A stretch of 64,000 bases of DNA from Felis catus. Its lineage: Eukaryota. The notes below the pieces were generated by a model. It was not told the origin of the DNA. It worked only from the letters and a program-made list of their open reading frames with translations, and did no database searches. The position numbers and the translations under genes are program-made. Of the stretch, positions 62,150 to 64,000 are shown in pieces. The DNA is taken from assembly GCF_018350175.1 (NCBI RefSeq), contig NC_058368.1, positions 113,028,001 to 113,092,000 of the forward strand, read 5' to 3'. Numbering within the stretch: the first letter of the stretch is position 1; the number at the start of each line of letters is the position of its first letter.

Positions 62150-63465
62150 GTGTCTGAAAGTGTTAGAGAAACAATTAAAACTAGCAGATTCAAGATTTCT
62201 AAGAGATAGGAAGCCAGAGAGGGGTGCCCAGCATTTGCAAAGCTCACTGCCCTCCCCCCACCAAAAAAATTTGGAGATTGGAAATTTGTGACAAAGACTG
62301 AAAGATGAGCAGATAACAGCAGAAGAGAGGGTAAGAGCCTGAGCAGGGATTTTATCAGTCTCCTGCAATTGAGGGAAAATTGGAGTTCAGAGCTTGCTGA
62401 GGGGTGGGGAGCTGGCTGGTAAATATCCCAGAGTTTCCATTTTGACCCCCTCCCCCAAAGATTTCATGCTGGATTAGGCCTCCCTTCACAAAGGATGAAG
62501 TTCAATCCATAACTGCATTAAAGTGACCTGCCCCAGCTCGCTGCCTGCCAGAAATAATAAGGAATCCTCTCTGGAGGAGCATACATCCTCCAGAGCCTCA
62601 AATGATACCTACGCTCTCCAAATACAAGCCTCATGGTCAAAATTAATCAGACCTAAAAGAATATAAAATAGGACCAAAAAAGAAAAAAGTCAACCAGACA
62701 ATAGAAACAGACCGATGGGAGATCCAGATAGGGGAGTTATCAGAGGGGGATTTTAGCAGGGCCATGATTCAGAGATAAAAAAAAACAAATGGAGATTTAG
62801 AGTAAATAACTATAAAACATAAAAAGAATATAATAGAAATTCTAGAACTGAAAATAAAATAACTGAAATAAGGATTTGATAAAGTTAAACAGAGAGTTAA
62901 TAAAGCAGAATAAAGATCAGAAGAAGATACCAAGACTGAAGCAGAGAAAGACAATAATAGTGCTAGACAGAGGGAAGAGCACAGGAAACCTATCATTTGA
63001 GTCCCAGAAACTGAGATGGGAAAGAATGGATCAGAGGCAGTATTTGAAACATCAGTCGCTGAGAATTTTCCAAAACTGATGGAAGAAACCAAACCACATA
63101 TCCCACTCAGAAGCTCTCCACACCCAAAGTAAGGTAAATACAAAGAAAATCACTACCTAAGTACATCATAATAAAACTCATTTTAAAAATCAAAGGAGGG
63201 GCGCCTGGGTGGCGCAGTGGGTTAAGCGTCCGACTTCAGCCAGGTCACGATCTCGCGGTCTGTGAGTTCGAGCCCCGCGTCAGGCTCTGGGCTGATGGCT
63301 CGGAGGCTGGAGCCTGTTTCCGATTCTGTGTCTCCCTCTCTCTCTGCCCCTCCCCCGTTCATGCTCTGTCTCTCTCTGTCCCAAAAATAAATAAACGTTA
63401 AAAAAAATAAATAAAAAATAAAAATCAAAGGAAAAGGGTCTGGACAAGTGTCCAGAAAAAAAAAA
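62150..63465 (+). mobile_element. Ancient L1 (L1M/HAL1-like) 5'/ORF1 region, decayed
   Basis: 63001-63102 translates VPETEMGKNGSEAVFETSVAENFPKLMEETKPHI, matching the L1 ORF1p GVPE..ENFP motif. A-rich sense strand. Confidence 0.75.
63198..63418 (+). mobile_element. Can-SINE, young SINEC_Fc type
   Basis: TSD TAAAAATCAAAGGA at 63184-63197 and 63419-63432. Confidence 0.97.
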
Positions 63466-63479
63466 AAAAAAAGGCAGGA

Positions 63480-63830
63480 CAAAGGAATTGCGATATATTC
63501 ACACTATGGAATGTTATACAGCATAGGGATAAGCAGTTTAAAATTAGTTGCAAGAGCATTAAAAAAATCTCTATGAAAAATATTGAGTAAAAGAAGCCAG
63601 GCCTAAAAAAGCATATGTATTAAGTCCATAAAAATCATGAAGTTAAAAAAAAGAAACAAAATAAGCATGGATTTACAGTGAATGAAATCAGCAATGGTTA
63701 ACTCTAGGAGAGATAATAGTGACTGGAAGGTGAGAGGTAAAATGTGGTTAAATCTAAAAATGGTTGCATTAATCAATAATAAGAATATGGTTTTATGAGA
63801 TTTAAATATGTTTGAGTATGCACACACACA
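63480..63830 (+). mobile_element. Old L1 (L1ME-like) 3' fragment
   Basis: AATTGCGATATATTCACACTATGGAATGTTATACAGCA..TATTGAGTAAAAGAAGCCAG. Confidence 0.55.
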
Positions 63831-64000
63831 CATCCACATATATGTGTTAAGATAAAGTATTTTATTTTTATAGGTATTACAGAGAAATATTCTAAAACTA
63901 TATTAAAATAACAACAATATCCAATAGGCAGGACAGTTAAAATGGAGTTAAAATTCTCTAATTACTTTGCATTATCCAGGAAGTATAAAAAATGCCACTT

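Noticed and set aside
62569..62595. Hairpin CTCTGGAGGA..TCCTCCAGAG
   Set aside because: It lies within an ancient L1 5' region and is too short for a pre-miRNA. There is no other support.
153..63418. tRNA-like heads and dispersed near-identical repeats, suggesting tRNA genes or a CRISPR-like array
   Set aside because: These are tRNA-derived SINE heads followed by CT regions and A tails. There is no complete cloverleaf gene and no repeat-spacer periodicity.

Overview
This window is mammalian genomic DNA from a felid, identified by about 34 tRNA-derived Can-SINEs (nine of the young SINEC_Fc type) and a felid L1 3' end. I find no credible host protein-coding exon, RNA gene or CRISPR array. The supplied ORFs are SINE read-throughs, simple repeats, decayed L1 frames or chance frames. 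The window looks intergenic or deep-intronic and is a mosaic of SINEs, L1, L2, MIR, MaLR (MLT1), MLT2, ERV1/ERVL LTRs and DNA transposons (Tigger2, MER5). Five structures stand out. (1) A ~250-bp non-SINE inverted repeat pair at 18390-18910 and 20040-20290. (2) A very decayed minus-strand remnant at ~14.56-16.4 kb with zinc knuckle, protease and RT motifs in retroviral order. (3) A two-LTR ERV1 provirus at ~29.1-36.3 kb carrying nested insertions. (4) An ~87-bp micro-inversion inside a MER21-like LTR. (5) A ~60-bp local copy of a SINE tail inside an MLT2 LTR. Repeat family names come from remembered consensus sequences, not from a search, and old-repeat boundaries are approximate. I cannot support a claim of a wholly new biological system.
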